A DNA stretch of 64,000 nucleotides. It comes from Eledone cirrhosa (Eukaryota). The notes beneath the pieces were generated by a model. The model was not told where the DNA came from. It saw only the letters and a program-made list of their open reading frames with translations, and did no database searches. Shown here in pieces: positions 36,418-49,255 of this stretch (positions within the stretch are counted from its first letter, which is position 1; every line of letters starts with the position of its first letter). Position numbers and translations under genes: made by a program. The DNA lies in contig OZ024753.1 in the NCBI GenBank assembly GCA_964016885.1, positions 9,300,001-9,364,000 on the forward strand, in the 5' to 3' direction.

Positions 36418-36434
36418 AAAATCCTGGTCTGTTT

Positions 36435-36471
<37 letters not shown>

Positions 36472-36472
<1 letters not shown>

Positions 36473-36664
36473 AGAGATTCTACAGGACTAGAACTGTTTC
36501 ATTCTTTAGAAATCATCAGGAATCTTATCATGATTCCTGATGATTTCTAAAGAATGAAACAGTTCTAGTCCTGTAGAATCTCTTCTATATTAAAATGTTT
36601 ATACTCTGCTATGTATTGAATACCTTACTTACTGTGGTTACTTCCGATTCAACCCGGAATAACG

Positions 36665-36665
<1 letters not shown>
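36472..36665. mobile_element. Fold-back element H1, second copy, both hammerheads intact (36475-36525 -, 36532-36580 +)
   Basis: GAUUC CUGAUGA UUUCUAAAGAAU GAAA CAG UUCUAGUC CUG UA|GAAUC on both strands; (TA)n on both sides. Confidence 0.8.
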
Positions 36666-36702
<37 letters not shown>

Positions 36703-36707
36703 TATAC

Positions 36708-36756
<49 letters not shown>

Positions 36757-36766
36757 TATACACATA

Positions 36767-37375
36767 TGGTGGCTGCCAACTCGTTTTCGAGTACGGCCAC
36801 CACTTTATATCCATGTAGGAGAACCCCTACCAATGCGCTGAACGACTGTGACTTTTTAGTCCAGCCATTGACTTGAAAACTCTGGTACAAACACTACACT
36901 TGTGACAACTATTGACACATAGTGCTGGGCCCATGGTACCATGTGACGACAAGTGCAGAGAGATCTCCAGATATAAAGCAATGCATGTGCCGTGAAGCTT
37001 TTATAGTGAGCAAAGGCACTGCACAAAGCCAGTCCCACTCTCTTAACCAAGATGATATTTACCAAAAAGAAGAACAAGTCAACATCATTGGATACCATCA
37101 GGGTTGCAGGTGTTATATCAGAGTTTTCCTTCTCCTAGAATGCTGCCTTGACAAAGGCTAAGGGGTCATCTCTCCAGGTGATTTTGGATGGCCATTGACT
37201 CGTAAGAGCTCCTTTGCCCTTTGACAGGTTTTGTTTTTAGTCCTGCAGGATGTCCAAAGTCACCCTCCTCACCAAGAAACCTTGGTGGGGTTGCCAGTTT
37301 AGTCGCCAACGACCCGGCCATGAGACAGGTTGTACTGGAATACATGTTACCAGTAGCACCAACTGGTGACCTGAC
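36767..37375 (-). mobile_element. Repeat family D, longest copy (~610 bp), flanked by (TA)n
   Basis: Matches 11331-11808 and 38166-38551. Confidence 0.75.
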
Positions 37376-37383
37376 ATATACAC

Positions 37384-37442
<59 letters not shown>

Positions 37443-37616
37443 TATATATATATACACATATATATATATATATACACACATATATATACACAGCCAGATC
37501 AGTTCCTGTATGAGCAAGGCATGGTCAGCCGACCAGACACTGCACACAACAGGACAACCCGTCTAACCCATGCTAGCGTGGAAGAACGGACGTAAAATGG
37601 TGATGATGATGATGAC

Positions 37617-37647
<31 letters not shown>

Positions 37648-37666
37648 TATATATATATATATACAC

Positions 37667-37727
<61 letters not shown>

Positions 37728-37742
37728 TATATATATATACAC

Positions 37743-37801
<59 letters not shown>

Positions 37802-38066
37802 TATATATATATATATACACATATATATATATATATATATACACATATCTATATATATATATATATACACATATCTATATATATATATATACACATATAT
37901 ATATATATATATACACATATATATATATATATATACACATATCTATATATATATATATACACACATATATATATATATATATACACACATATATATATAT
38001 ACACATATATATATACACATATATATATATATATACACATATATATATACACATATATATATATAT

Positions 38067-38109
<43 letters not shown>

Positions 38110-38562
38110 TATATACACATATATATATATACACATATATATATATACACATATATATATATATATGGTGGCTGCCAACTCGTTTTCGAGTACGGCCACT
38201 ACTTTATATCATGTAGGAGAACCCCTACCGATGCGCTGAACGAGTGTGACTTTTCAGTCCGGCCAGCGACTTGAAAACTCTGGTACAAACACTACACTTG
38301 TGACAAATATTGACACATAGTGCTGGGCCCATGGTACTATGTGACGACAAGTGCAGAGAGATCTCCAGATATAAAGCAATGCTTGTGCCGTGAAGCTTTT
38401 ATAGTGAGCAAAGGCACTGCACAAAGCCAGTCCCACTCTCTTAACCAAGATGATATTTACCAAAAAGAAGAACAAGTCAACATCATTGGATACCATCAGG
38501 GTTGCAGGTGTTATATCAGAGTTTTCCTTCTCCTAGAATTCTGCCTTGACATATATATATAT

Positions 38563-38601
<39 letters not shown>

Positions 38602-38724
38602 TATATATACACATATATATATGTATATATATATTTATATATACACACATATTTTTAAACACATATATATATATATATACACATATATATATATATATAT
38701 ACACATACATATATAAATATATAT

Positions 38725-38795
<71 letters not shown>

Positions 38796-38800
38796 TATAT
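37376..38800. repeat. (TA)n/(TACACA) microsatellite field containing an RTE tail (37491-37614 +) and a partial family D copy (38166-38551 -)
   Basis: Direct reading and identity to other copies. Confidence 0.9.
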
Positions 38801-39436
38801 CCATATATGGGATGCAATATGGCTGGAGGAAAATGCCTCAATGGAATACAATGAATACTAAATAGAAATATGGTTGTGTAATACATATATAATTTATAGT
38901 GAGACCGAAGTAGTAGCAGTAGTAGTAGTAGTGGTGGTGGTGGTGGTGGTAGCAGTGGCGGCAGTAGTCAAATCTAAACCTCTGGCCCTGCCATCAGTAT
39001 TAGACCAGCAGTCCTTTCTTTGCCCATACAATCAATATGTTTTCAAATGATTTATAAAAATCTGAAATTACTCCCTTGTTGATCTGAATAGCTGCTACTC
39101 AGAAACTTTCTTCCAGTGTCATATACTTTATTATGTGTCATAAATTACCATGATTCATTTGTTCAATGTTTTTCTGCCAAAAGAAACAACAAAAAAACCC
39201 CACACACCAACCAAAATTAACCTGATCTGTTATTCAATACACCGTGGGGTCAGACAAGATGTTGTTTTTCATTATTTTGGGTGTGTTTTTTTTTAAAGTT
39301 TGTTTATTTGTGTTTGCATAGCTAAGACAACTTGATCAAAATAAACAATTTTTATTGCTCAAACTTTATATTATTCAAGACTTATTTCCATATATATATG
39401 TGTGTGTGTGTGTATGTGTGTGTATCTATATGTGTA

Positions 39437-39771
39437 TCATTTCATCATCATCATTTCATTTTACGTCCGCTTTTTCCCTGCTTACAAGGGTGGGACGGGA
39501 ACTGATTCTGGCTTGATTTCTACAGCTGGATGCCCTTCCTAACACCAACCTCATTTACAGTGCTTTTTTGCCGTGGCACCTCCACGACCACTTTGCAGTG
39601 GAATGATATGGACCCCAGTCTCTATCATCTCATTTCTATAGCTGAGTAAACTGGAGCAATGTGAAATAAAGTGTCTTGCTCAAGGAAACACCACATCACC
39701 TGGTCTGAGAATTGAACTCACAACCTTTCGATTGCAAGGCCAATGCTCTAACCACTAAGTCATGTGCCTCC
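39437..39771 (-). mobile_element. SINE family E
   Basis: Matches 18741-19083. Confidence 0.88.
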
Positions 39772-39797
39772 ATGTATATATTATATATAAATATATA

Positions 39798-39829
<32 letters not shown>

Positions 39830-39835
39830 AATGTA

Positions 39836-39906
<71 letters not shown>

Positions 39907-40048
39907 GTATATATATATGTGTGTGTGTCTGAGTATATATATATATATATACATATATTAAATTCACTGTTTTGATTTTCATTGTTGTTTTCCCCCCTAA
40001 AATATTTCCTGCTGGGACTTTTCGTGAATAATAATTAGAGATCTTTAA

Positions 40049-40117
<69 letters not shown>

Positions 40118-40335
40118 TATATATATTCATTCATTTTGTTGTTTTAAACATTTAATTTTTATTTTTAATCAATTGTCTCTTTCTTCAGTTTTTTTAGGGT
40201 GTATTTATTTGCCATTTACTTCATTGTCCTAAAAGTTTACAATTTATTCATAAAACATTTTACCAAATTGAAACTTTTATAATCAACACAAGTACTAAAC
40301 TACCATTTGGTACAAATGCACTCCACAATGTACAC

Positions 40336-42570
40336 ATATTTGAGGCAACATAGCTACATAACTACTATACTAATGGTGGCTAATCTATAATATATATTGA
40401 GGCAACATAGCTACATAACTACTATACTAATGATGGCTAATCTATAATATATATTGAGGCAACATAGCTACATAACTACTATACTAATGATGGCTAATCT
40501 ATAATATATATTGAGGCAACATAGCTACATAACTACTATACTACTGATGGCTAATCTATAATATATATTGAGGCAACATAGCTACATAACTACTATACTA
40601 CTGATGGCTAATCTATAATATATATTGAGGCAACATAGCTACATAACTACTATACTACTGATGGCTAATCTATAATATATATTGAGGCAACATAGCTACA
40701 TAACTACTATACTAATGATGGCTAATCTATAATATATATTGAGGCAACATAGCTACATAACTACTATACTAATGATGGCTAATCTATAATATATATTGAG
40801 GCAACATAGCCTCATAACTACTATACTAATGATGGCTAATCTATAATATATATTGAGGCAACATAGCCTCATAACTACTATACTAATGATGGCTAATCTA
40901 TAATATATATTGAGGCAACATAGCTACATAACTACTATACTAATGATGGCTAATCTATAATAGATATTGAGGCAACATAGCTACATAACTACTCTACTAA
41001 TGATGGCTAATCTATAATAGATATTGAGGCAACATAGCTACATAACTACTCTACTAATGATGGCTAATCTATAATATATATTGAGGCAACATAGCTACAT
41101 AACTACTATACTAATGATGGCTAATCTATAATATATATTGAGGCAACATAGCTACATAACTACTATACTAATGATGGCTAATCTATAATATATATTGAGG
41201 CAACATAGCTACATAACTACTATACTTATGATGGCTAATCTATAATATATATTGAGGCAACATAGCTACATAACTACTATACTAATGGTGGCTAATCTAT
41301 AATATATATTGAGGCAACATAGCTACATAACTACTATACTAATGATGGCTAATCTATAATATATATTGAGGCAACATAGCTACATAACTACTATACTAAT
41401 GATGGCTAATCTATAATATGTATTGAGGCAACATAGCTACATAACTACTATACTACTGATGGCTAATCTATAATATATATTGAGGCAGCATAGCTACATA
41501 ACTACTATACTACTGATGGCTAATCTATAATATATATTGAGGCAACATAGCTACATAACTACTATACTAATGATGGCTAATCTATAATATATATTGAGGC
41601 AACATAGCTACATAACTACTATACTAATGATGGCTAATCTATAATATATATTGAGGCAACATAGCTACATAACTACTATACTACTGATGGCTAATCTATA
41701 ATATATATTGAGGCAACATAGCTACATAACTACTATACTAATGATGGCTAATCTATAATATATATTGAGGCAACATAGCTACATAACTACTATACTACTG
41801 ATGGCTAATCTATAATATATATTGAGGCAACATAGCTACATAACTACATAACTACTATACTAATGATGGCTAATCTATAATATATATTGAGGCAACATAG
41901 CTACATAACTACTATACTAATGATGGCTAATCTATAATATATATTGAGGCAACATAGCTACATAACTACTATACTAATGATGGCTAATCTATAATATATA
42001 TTGAGGCAACATAGCTACATAACTACTATACTACTGATGGCTAATCTATAATATATATTGAGGCAACATAGCTACATAACTACTATACTAATGATGGCTA
42101 ATCTATAATATATATTGAGGCAACATAGCTACATAACTACTATACTACTGATGGCTAATCTATAATATATATTGAGGCAACATAGCTACATAACTACTAT
42201 ACTACTGATGGCTAATCTATAATATATATTGAGGCAACATAGCTACATAACTACTATACTAATGATGGCTAATCTATAATATATATTGAGGCAACATAGC
42301 TACATAACTACTATACTACTGATGGCTAATCTATAATATATATTGAGGCAACATAGCTACATAACTACTATACTACTGATGGCTAATCTATAATATATAT
42401 TGAGGCAACATAGCTACATAACTACTATACTACTGATGGCTAATCTATAATATATATTGAGGCAACATAGCTACATAACTACTATACTAATGATGGCTAA
42501 TCTATAATATATATTGAGGCAACATAGCTACATAACTACTATACTAATGATGGCTAATCTATAATATATA
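40336..42570. repeat. 57-bp tandem satellite (~39 units)
   Basis: Unit TATTGAGGCAACATAGCTACATAACTACTATACTAATGATGGCTAATCTATAATATA; period 57 (40381 to 40438). Confidence 0.97.
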
Positions 42571-42737
42571 ATAGATATTGAACAAATATGCCTTGCTATA
42601 TTATGTTATAAAAATTTATCTATAAATATTTTACCTAAAACTAAAGTACAGATATGAGGTTTGTGGAAAATGCATTCGACTTAAGGCTGGGGAAAAAAGT
42701 ACATACTTGGTGGGGTTTAATTGCTAATCTCTTTTAA

Positions 42738-43352
42738 CCTTTTAGTATTTAAATCGACCATATCCAGTCAGAATTCTCTCGCCTCTTTCTGTTCAAACCG
42801 GTCATAACTGGCCGCTCATACTTATGTTAAGGTATTGTTCTCAAAATAAATAATATCAAAATCTCATATATTCAATATTATGTGAGATAATTATGTGGAA
42901 TAAAGTATTTACCATGAAAATACATTAGTAAATGTAGAGTAATATAAATGCTAACGGGTTAAACCAGCTGTATCTGGCCAGAATTATCTCTCCTCTTTCT
43001 GTTCAAACCGGTCATAACTGGTCGCTCATACTTATGTTAAGGTATTGTTCTCAAAATAAATAATAACAAAATATCATAGATTCAATATTATATGAGATAA
43101 TTATGTGAAATAATTATGTTTACCGTAAAAATACAATAGTAAATGGAGAGTAACATAAATGCTAAAGAGTTAAACTGGCCATAACTGGCCAGAATTCTCT
43201 CACTTCTTTGTTCAAACCAGTCGTAACCAGCTGCTTATACTCTGTTCTCAAACTAAATAATATCAAAATCTCATATATTCAAAATTATGTGAAATAAAGT
43301 GCTTACCATGAAAATACAATAGTAAATATAGAGTAATGTAAATGTTAAAGGG
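42738..43352. mobile_element. Head-to-tail trimer of piggyBac-type MITE family P
   Basis: Three consecutive units; outer ends TTAA|CCTTTTAG and AAAGGG|TTAA. Confidence 0.85.
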
Positions 43353-43357
43353 TTAAA

Positions 43358-43740
43358 GTCAACCACATTTTGCCTCCACACAGCCCAGCATCTTTTCACT
43401 TATTGAAGCAAAGCTGAAAGGTTTCTCGTGAAATGGCTCTCAGCTCCACTATCACAGTTCACATGATTTCCTTTTGACTTTCAAATCAGGAACCTTTTAA
43501 TATATGTCTTCATTTTTGGGGACGAGAAGTGAAAAATAGCCATGCCTAAAGAGTAGGGGCTATGGCAAGTGAACAATTGGGGCTATCCAAGGTTTCTTGG
43601 ATCAGCTACAATGACTGCGTTAGTGTATTGTCATGGTGCAGCTGTCAATTTTGTAAGGCCCAAAGATCCAGCATCTTACACCAACTGAATCCCAAAGAAG
43701 TCAGAGAACTTCCTGATAGTACTTCGTTGTAATTCAATGT
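43358..43740 (-). pseudogene. Decayed mariner transposase C-terminal fragment
   Basis: Minus strand: LHHDNTLT (cf. HHDNAPAH), HSPYSLGMAIFHFSSPKMK (cf. HPPYSPDLAPxDFxLFPKxK), CVEAK near the end. Confidence 0.65.
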
Positions 43741-43849
43741 GTACATGAATACACACCAGAAAGACAAATGCACTCAACACTATAGAACTATACACATATT
43801 TGAGGCAACATAGCTACTATCACAGTTTATATGATGTCCTACTACTTTG

Positions 43850-44860
43850 ACCTAAACTCTGCCGGTTGCAGACTGCACATCAACATGAAATATTTTTCTC
43901 CACAAAGTTTGATCACCAGCAGAGTTTAAAGAGTAAAGATCACGTCCAGTCCATAAGTTGACATTATCACGGCATCGTTTTGGCTGCTGACCTCTGCTTC
44001 TCTTACCAGCCAACCTTCCTTCCAGGAATATATAATACCTTTCGATCACCAACAGCAGAGTTTAAAGAGTAAAGATCACGTCCAGTCCATAAGTTGACAT
44101 TATCACGGCATCGTTTTGGCTGCTGGCCTCTGCTTCTCTTACCAGCCAACCTTCCTTCCAGGAATATATAATACCTTTCGATCACCAACAGCAGAGTTTA
44201 AAGAGTAAAGATCACGTCCAGTCCATAAGTTGACATTATCACGGCATCGTTTTGGCTGCTGACCCCTGCTTCTCTTACCAGCCAACCTTCCTTCCAGGAA
44301 TATATAATACCTTTCGATCACCAACAGCAGAGTTTAAAGAGTAAAGATCACGTCCAGTCCATAAGTTGACATTATCACGGCATCGTTTTGGCTGCTGACC
44401 TCTGCTTCTCTTACCAGCCAACCTTCCTTCCAGGAATATGTAATATCTTTTGTTCACCAATTTAAAGAGTTTAAAGAGCAAAGTTCAAATCCATTCCATA
44501 GGTTGATATTATCAAGCCATCGTTTTGGCTGCCGGCCTCTGCTTCTGTTACCAGCGAACCTTCCTTCCAGGAATATCTTTCTCACACCACGAGTTGATCT
44601 TTTTATATGGCCGTATAGTTTGAGTACTCTTGACTTGACAATTGATGTAATTGGTCTAAGTCTGGTAATGTTGAGCAGCTCACTGATACAGATACGGTCG
44701 CTGAGCCACTTGCCAGTCATAAGTCTATTGACTCTCGTTTTTGGTAACCAGAAGTCAGAAGGTTCTTCTGCTGTGTATTCATGTTGCACATTGATTTTAC
44801 TCCACACCTGATGTGTTTTTTTTGTGAGGTGGGGTATGACATAGAATATTTCCACTGAGA
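43850..44860 (-). mobile_element. RTE-like LINE (third family) 3' fragment with a 136-bp segment repeated 4x (43915-44455)
   Basis: LKLYGHIKRS..KIFLEGRFAGNRSRGRQPKRWLDNI..DQTLWRKI; period 136. Confidence 0.8.
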
Positions 44861-45384
44861 GGATTAAACTTTGGTCTTTGGGATATAACTGTACAATAAC
44901 ATCTCATCTCTAATTATTACAGTATTCAGGAACTCAGAATACTTTGGGGCATTATAGTAAATATGACAAGTAATACAGCACCTTACATGCTCGTTGCCTG
45001 ACAGCAACTGGCACTTACATGGAGAGTACTATTTTTGTCTATATCCACTGAATGCCACAGAAACTAGAGGTTAGCATTAAGATAGTCTAGAGAGAAATTC
45101 TATTGGAATGTTCTAAATCCTTCTCATATCTGGCCATAACTGATAAAGAGAAAGCCCTTTAGACTAACTGCACCAAGAATATTCTTGAAGATTAGGAAAG
45201 AACAGTGACAGAAATAGTGTTCAACTTATATTAGCATTAAATTTTATCATTCTATGTTCTGAATTCAAATCTTACCAAGATCTTTCATGCTTCTAAAGTT
45301 GTAGAAATTAAAATATTAAACAGATATTTGGAGATGAATACTATACACAATACTTCTCCAATCTCCATGCACCTCCCTTCTCAG

Positions 45385-46350
45385 ACAAGCCCACACTGTA
45401 AAGTAGTTGTTTTCATGCCAAGATAAAAAGCACCCAATCCACATTGTAAAGTAGTAGTTTTGGTGCCAAGATAAAAAGCACCCAGTCCACACTGTAAAGT
45501 AGTAGTTTTCGTGCCAAGATAAAAAGCACCCAGTCCACACTGTAAAGTAGTTGTTTTCGTGCCAAGATAAAAAGCACCCAGTTCACACTGTAAAGTAGTA
45601 GTTTTGGTGCCAAGATAAAAAGCACCCAGTCCACACTGTAAAGTAGTAGTTTTGGTGCCAAGATAAAAAGCACCCAGTCCGCACTGTAAAGTAGTTGCTT
45701 TGGTGCCACGATAAAAAGCACCCAGTTCGCACTGTAAAGTAGTTGTTTTGGTGCCAAGATAAAAAGCATCCAGTCCACACTCTAAAGTAGTTGTTTTCGT
45801 GCCAAGATAAAAAGCACCCAGTCCACACTGTAAAGTAGTTGTTTTGGTGCCAAGATAAAAAGCACCCAGTCCACACTGTAAAGTAGTAGTTTTGGTGCCA
45901 AGATAAAAAGCATCCAGTCCACACTGTAAAGTAGTTGTTTTGGTGCCAAGATAAAAAGCACCCAGTCCACACTGTAAAGTAGTTGTTTTGGTGCCAAGAT
46001 AAAAAGCATCCAGTCCACACTGTAAAGTGGTTGTTTTGGTGCCAAGATAAAAAGCACCTAGTCCACACTGTAAAGTAGTAGTTTTGGTGCCAAGATAAAA
46101 AGCATCCAGTCCACACTGTAAAGTGGTTGTTTTGGTGCCAAGATAAAAAGTACCTAGTACACTCTATAAATGTGGTTGACATTAGGAAGGGTATCCAGCC
46201 ATAGAAACCAAACTAGAAACAGTTCTAAATGAGCAAGACATGATCATCTGATCTGGCTTGTCTCACAACAGGACAACTCGTCTAACCCATGCTAGCATGG
46301 AAAATGGACATTAAATGGTGATGATGATAATGATGGTGATGATGATGATG
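45385..46350 (+). mobile_element. RTE 3' tail with 48-bp module expanded ~16x (45390-46170)
   Basis: Unit CCAGTCCACACTGTAAAGTAGTTGTTTTGGTGCCAAGATAAAAAGCAC, then TTAGGAAGGGTATCCAG..(GAT)n. Confidence 0.88.
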
Positions 46351-46532
46351 AATAGCCACTCCAGTACCTTGACAAAATGTAATGCGAGAGAAAATTTCAT
46401 TGTTTCTTTAGTGCCTCATTATGGCCAAAGACCGATTACTGAAACCAATAAATAAAAAACATTACCAAAATGAGAGTAGTTTTCAATGGTAGATTTTACT
46501 GGTTAATTGCACTAGTATTATAAATCAAGGCT

Positions 46533-47437
46533 GTGGATCAGCTGTAAAGGTAGAGTGTCAGACATCATACTTTGTGGTATAGAGTGTCAGACACCATACT
46601 TTGTGGTATAGAGTGTCAGACATCATACTTTGTGCTATAGAGTGTCAGACACCATATTTTGTGGTATAGAGTGTCAGACATCATACTTTGTGCTATAGAG
46701 TGTCAGACACCATACTTTGTGGTATAGAGTGTCAGACATCATACTTTGTGGTATAGAGTGTCAGACACCATACTTTGTGGTATAGAGTGTCAGACGCCAT
46801 ACTTTGTGGTATAGAGTGTCAGACATCATACTTTGTGGTGTAGAGTGTCAGACATCATACTTTGTGCTATAGAGTGTCAGACACCATACTTTGTGGTATA
46901 GAGTGTCAGACATCATACTTTGTGCTATAGAGTGTCAGACACCATACTTTGTGGTATAGAGTGTCAGACATCATACTTTGTGGTATAGAGTGTCAGACAT
47001 CATACTTTGTGGTATAGAGTGTCAGACATCATACTTTGTGGTATAGAGTGTCAGACACCATACTTTGTGGTATAGAGTGTCAGACATCATACTTTGTGGT
47101 ATAGAGTGTCAGACATCATACTTTGTGCTATAGAGTGTCAGACATCATACTTTGTGGTATAGAGTGTCAGACACCATACTTTGTGGTATAGAGTGTCAGA
47201 CATCATACTTTGTGGTATAGAGTGTCGGACAACATGCATTGTGGTATAGTGTCAGACAACATGCTTTGCAGCATAGAGTTATGTCCTTTTACATTCGAAT
47301 TTCAAATCTCGCCGAGGTTAACTTTGCCTTTCATCCTTACGAGGTTGATAAAATAAGTACCAGTAATGCACTGGAAGCGATTTCATTGACTTTCCCCATC
47401 CCCAGAATTGCTGGCCTTGTGCTAAATCAGAAACCAT
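46533..47437 (+). mobile_element. SINE family B with internal 29-bp minisatellite (~24 units, 46551-47275)
   Basis: Unit TAGAGTGTCAGACAYCATACTTTGTGGTA corresponds to SINE head segment TAGAGGGTCGGACGCCATGCTTTGCAGCA; B box and core follow the array. Confidence 0.85.
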
Positions 47438-47475
47438 TTTAAAGCAAGCAAGTAGAAATCACAGAAATTAAGACA

Positions 47476-48319
47476 TACGAACATCAGATGAAATGTTCAT
47501 AGGCTGACTAAGATACTCTCATGGAATGACTAAATGAGGTTTATTTATCAACATAGTCCCTGGAAAGAAACTATGCAGTTATTAATAAGAAGAGTTGAAA
47601 TTAATGCATGCAAGATTTCACAGCTCTAGCATCTCTCCTTCATAGGCTGACCAAGATACTCTCATGGAATGACTAAATGAGGTTTATTTTTCAACATAAT
47701 CCCTGGAAAGAAACTATGCAGTTATTAATAAGAAGAGTTGAAATTAATGTAAGCAAGATTTCACAGCTCTAGCATCACTCATTCTTAGGCTGACCAAGAT
47801 ACTCTCATGGAATGACTAAATGAGGTTTATTTTTCAACATAGTCCCTGGAAAGAAACTATGCAGTTATTAATAAGAAGAGTTGAAATTAATGCATGCAAG
47901 ATTTCACAGCTCTAGCATCTCTCCTTCATAAGCTGACCAAGATACTCTCACGGAATGACTAAATGAGGTTTATTTTTCAACATAATCCCTGGAGAGAAAC
48001 AATGTAGTTATTAATAAAAAGAGTTGAAATTAATGCATGAGAGATTTAACAGCTCTAGCCCCACTCCTTTATAAGCTGACCAAGATACTCTCATGGAATG
48101 ACTAAATGAGGTTTATTTTTTAACATAGTCCCTGGAAAGAAACAATGCAGTTATTAATAAGAAGTGTTGAAATTAATGCGTGTAAGATTTCAACATAGTC
48201 CCTGGAAAGAAATAATGCAGTTATTAATAAGAAGAGTTAAAATTAATGCATGCAAGATTTCACAGCTCTAGGATCACTCCTTCATAGTCAGCCTCTGAAA
48301 TGTTCAGCCAACTCTCATA
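47476..48319. mobile_element. mariner-type MITE family M with internal 143-bp unit amplified ~5.5x
   Basis: Outer degenerate TIRs (..GTTCATAGGCTGAC / GTCAGCCTCTGAAATGTTCAGCC); unit is the reverse complement of the body of 48915-49108. Confidence 0.8.
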
Positions 48320-48510
48320 TCTAAATTTTATTTATATTTGATGTATGTATTGTAAATGATTAAAGTTTAAGGTGTTTGGGAGAAAATTCACCAAATATAG
48401 ATCATAAATTCTGAATAGTGAAAACAATGTTAGATGGAGTTTTGGATAAAGTTGACTTCTCACTTGTTGTTTTATTAGAATGAAAAAGAAAATAAGAAAT
48501 GGTGTTTTAA

Positions 48511-48860
48511 CCCTTTAACATTTAAACCGGACTTATCCGGCCAGAATTCTCTCACCTCTTTCTGTTTAAACTGGTCATAACTGGTTGCTCATACTGGCGT
48601 GAAGGTATTGTTTTCAAAATAAATAATATCAAAATCTCATAGATTCGATATTATGTGAAATAATTATTTGAGTTAAGTGTTTGCTGTGAAAACACAATAG
48701 TATATATAGAATAATTGTTTCTACTTTAGGCACAAGGCCAGCAATTACCCAGTGCATTACTGGTACTTTATTTTATGGACCCCGTAAGGATGAAAGGCAG
48801 AGTCAACCTGGGCGGGATTTGAACTCATAGTATATATAGAATAATGTAAACGTTAAAGGA
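48511..48860. mobile_element. Family P MITE interrupted by a 5'-truncated SINE B (48716-48826 -)
   Basis: 19-bp TSD ATAGTATATATAGAATAAT on both sides of the SINE fragment. Confidence 0.85.
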
Positions 48861-48914
48861 TTAAATGTCATAAACTCACCGGCAACTAGGCAACTAAGAG
48901 AGACAAAAAATATA

Positions 48915-49108
48915 CGAGGGTCGGTTAAAACGTTCATAGGCTGACTATGAAGGAGTGATGTTAGGGCTGTGAAATCTGTTATGCATTAATTTCAACTCTT
49001 TATCAATAACTGCATTATTTTTTTCCAGGGACGATGTTGAAAAATAAACCTCATTTGGTCATTCCATGAGAGTATCTTGGTCAGCCTATGAAATTTGCAG
49101 CCGACCCT
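48915..49108. mobile_element. mariner-type MITE family M monomer (another at ~49275-49455)
   Basis: TA|CGAGGGTCGGTTAAAACGTTCATAGGCTGAC...GTCAGCCTATGAAATTTGCAGCCGACCCT..TA. Confidence 0.8.
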
Positions 49109-49124
49109 TATACACACACCACAT

Positions 49125-49255
49125 TATATATATATAATTGGAAAAAGGGGATGATTTTGTAAAAGTATAGTTTTCGAAGCAGCACTGAAGTACTGACATA
49201 AATGGTATACACAACTGCTATTTAATATCCGAGCAACGCCGGGTACCTCTCCTAG
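49125..49255 (+). mobile_element. Short non-autonomous Helitron
   Basis: 3' end CCGAGCAACGCCGG-GTACCTCTCCTAG|T (GC hairpin plus CTAG); 5' end lost in TA-rich sequence. Confidence 0.6.
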
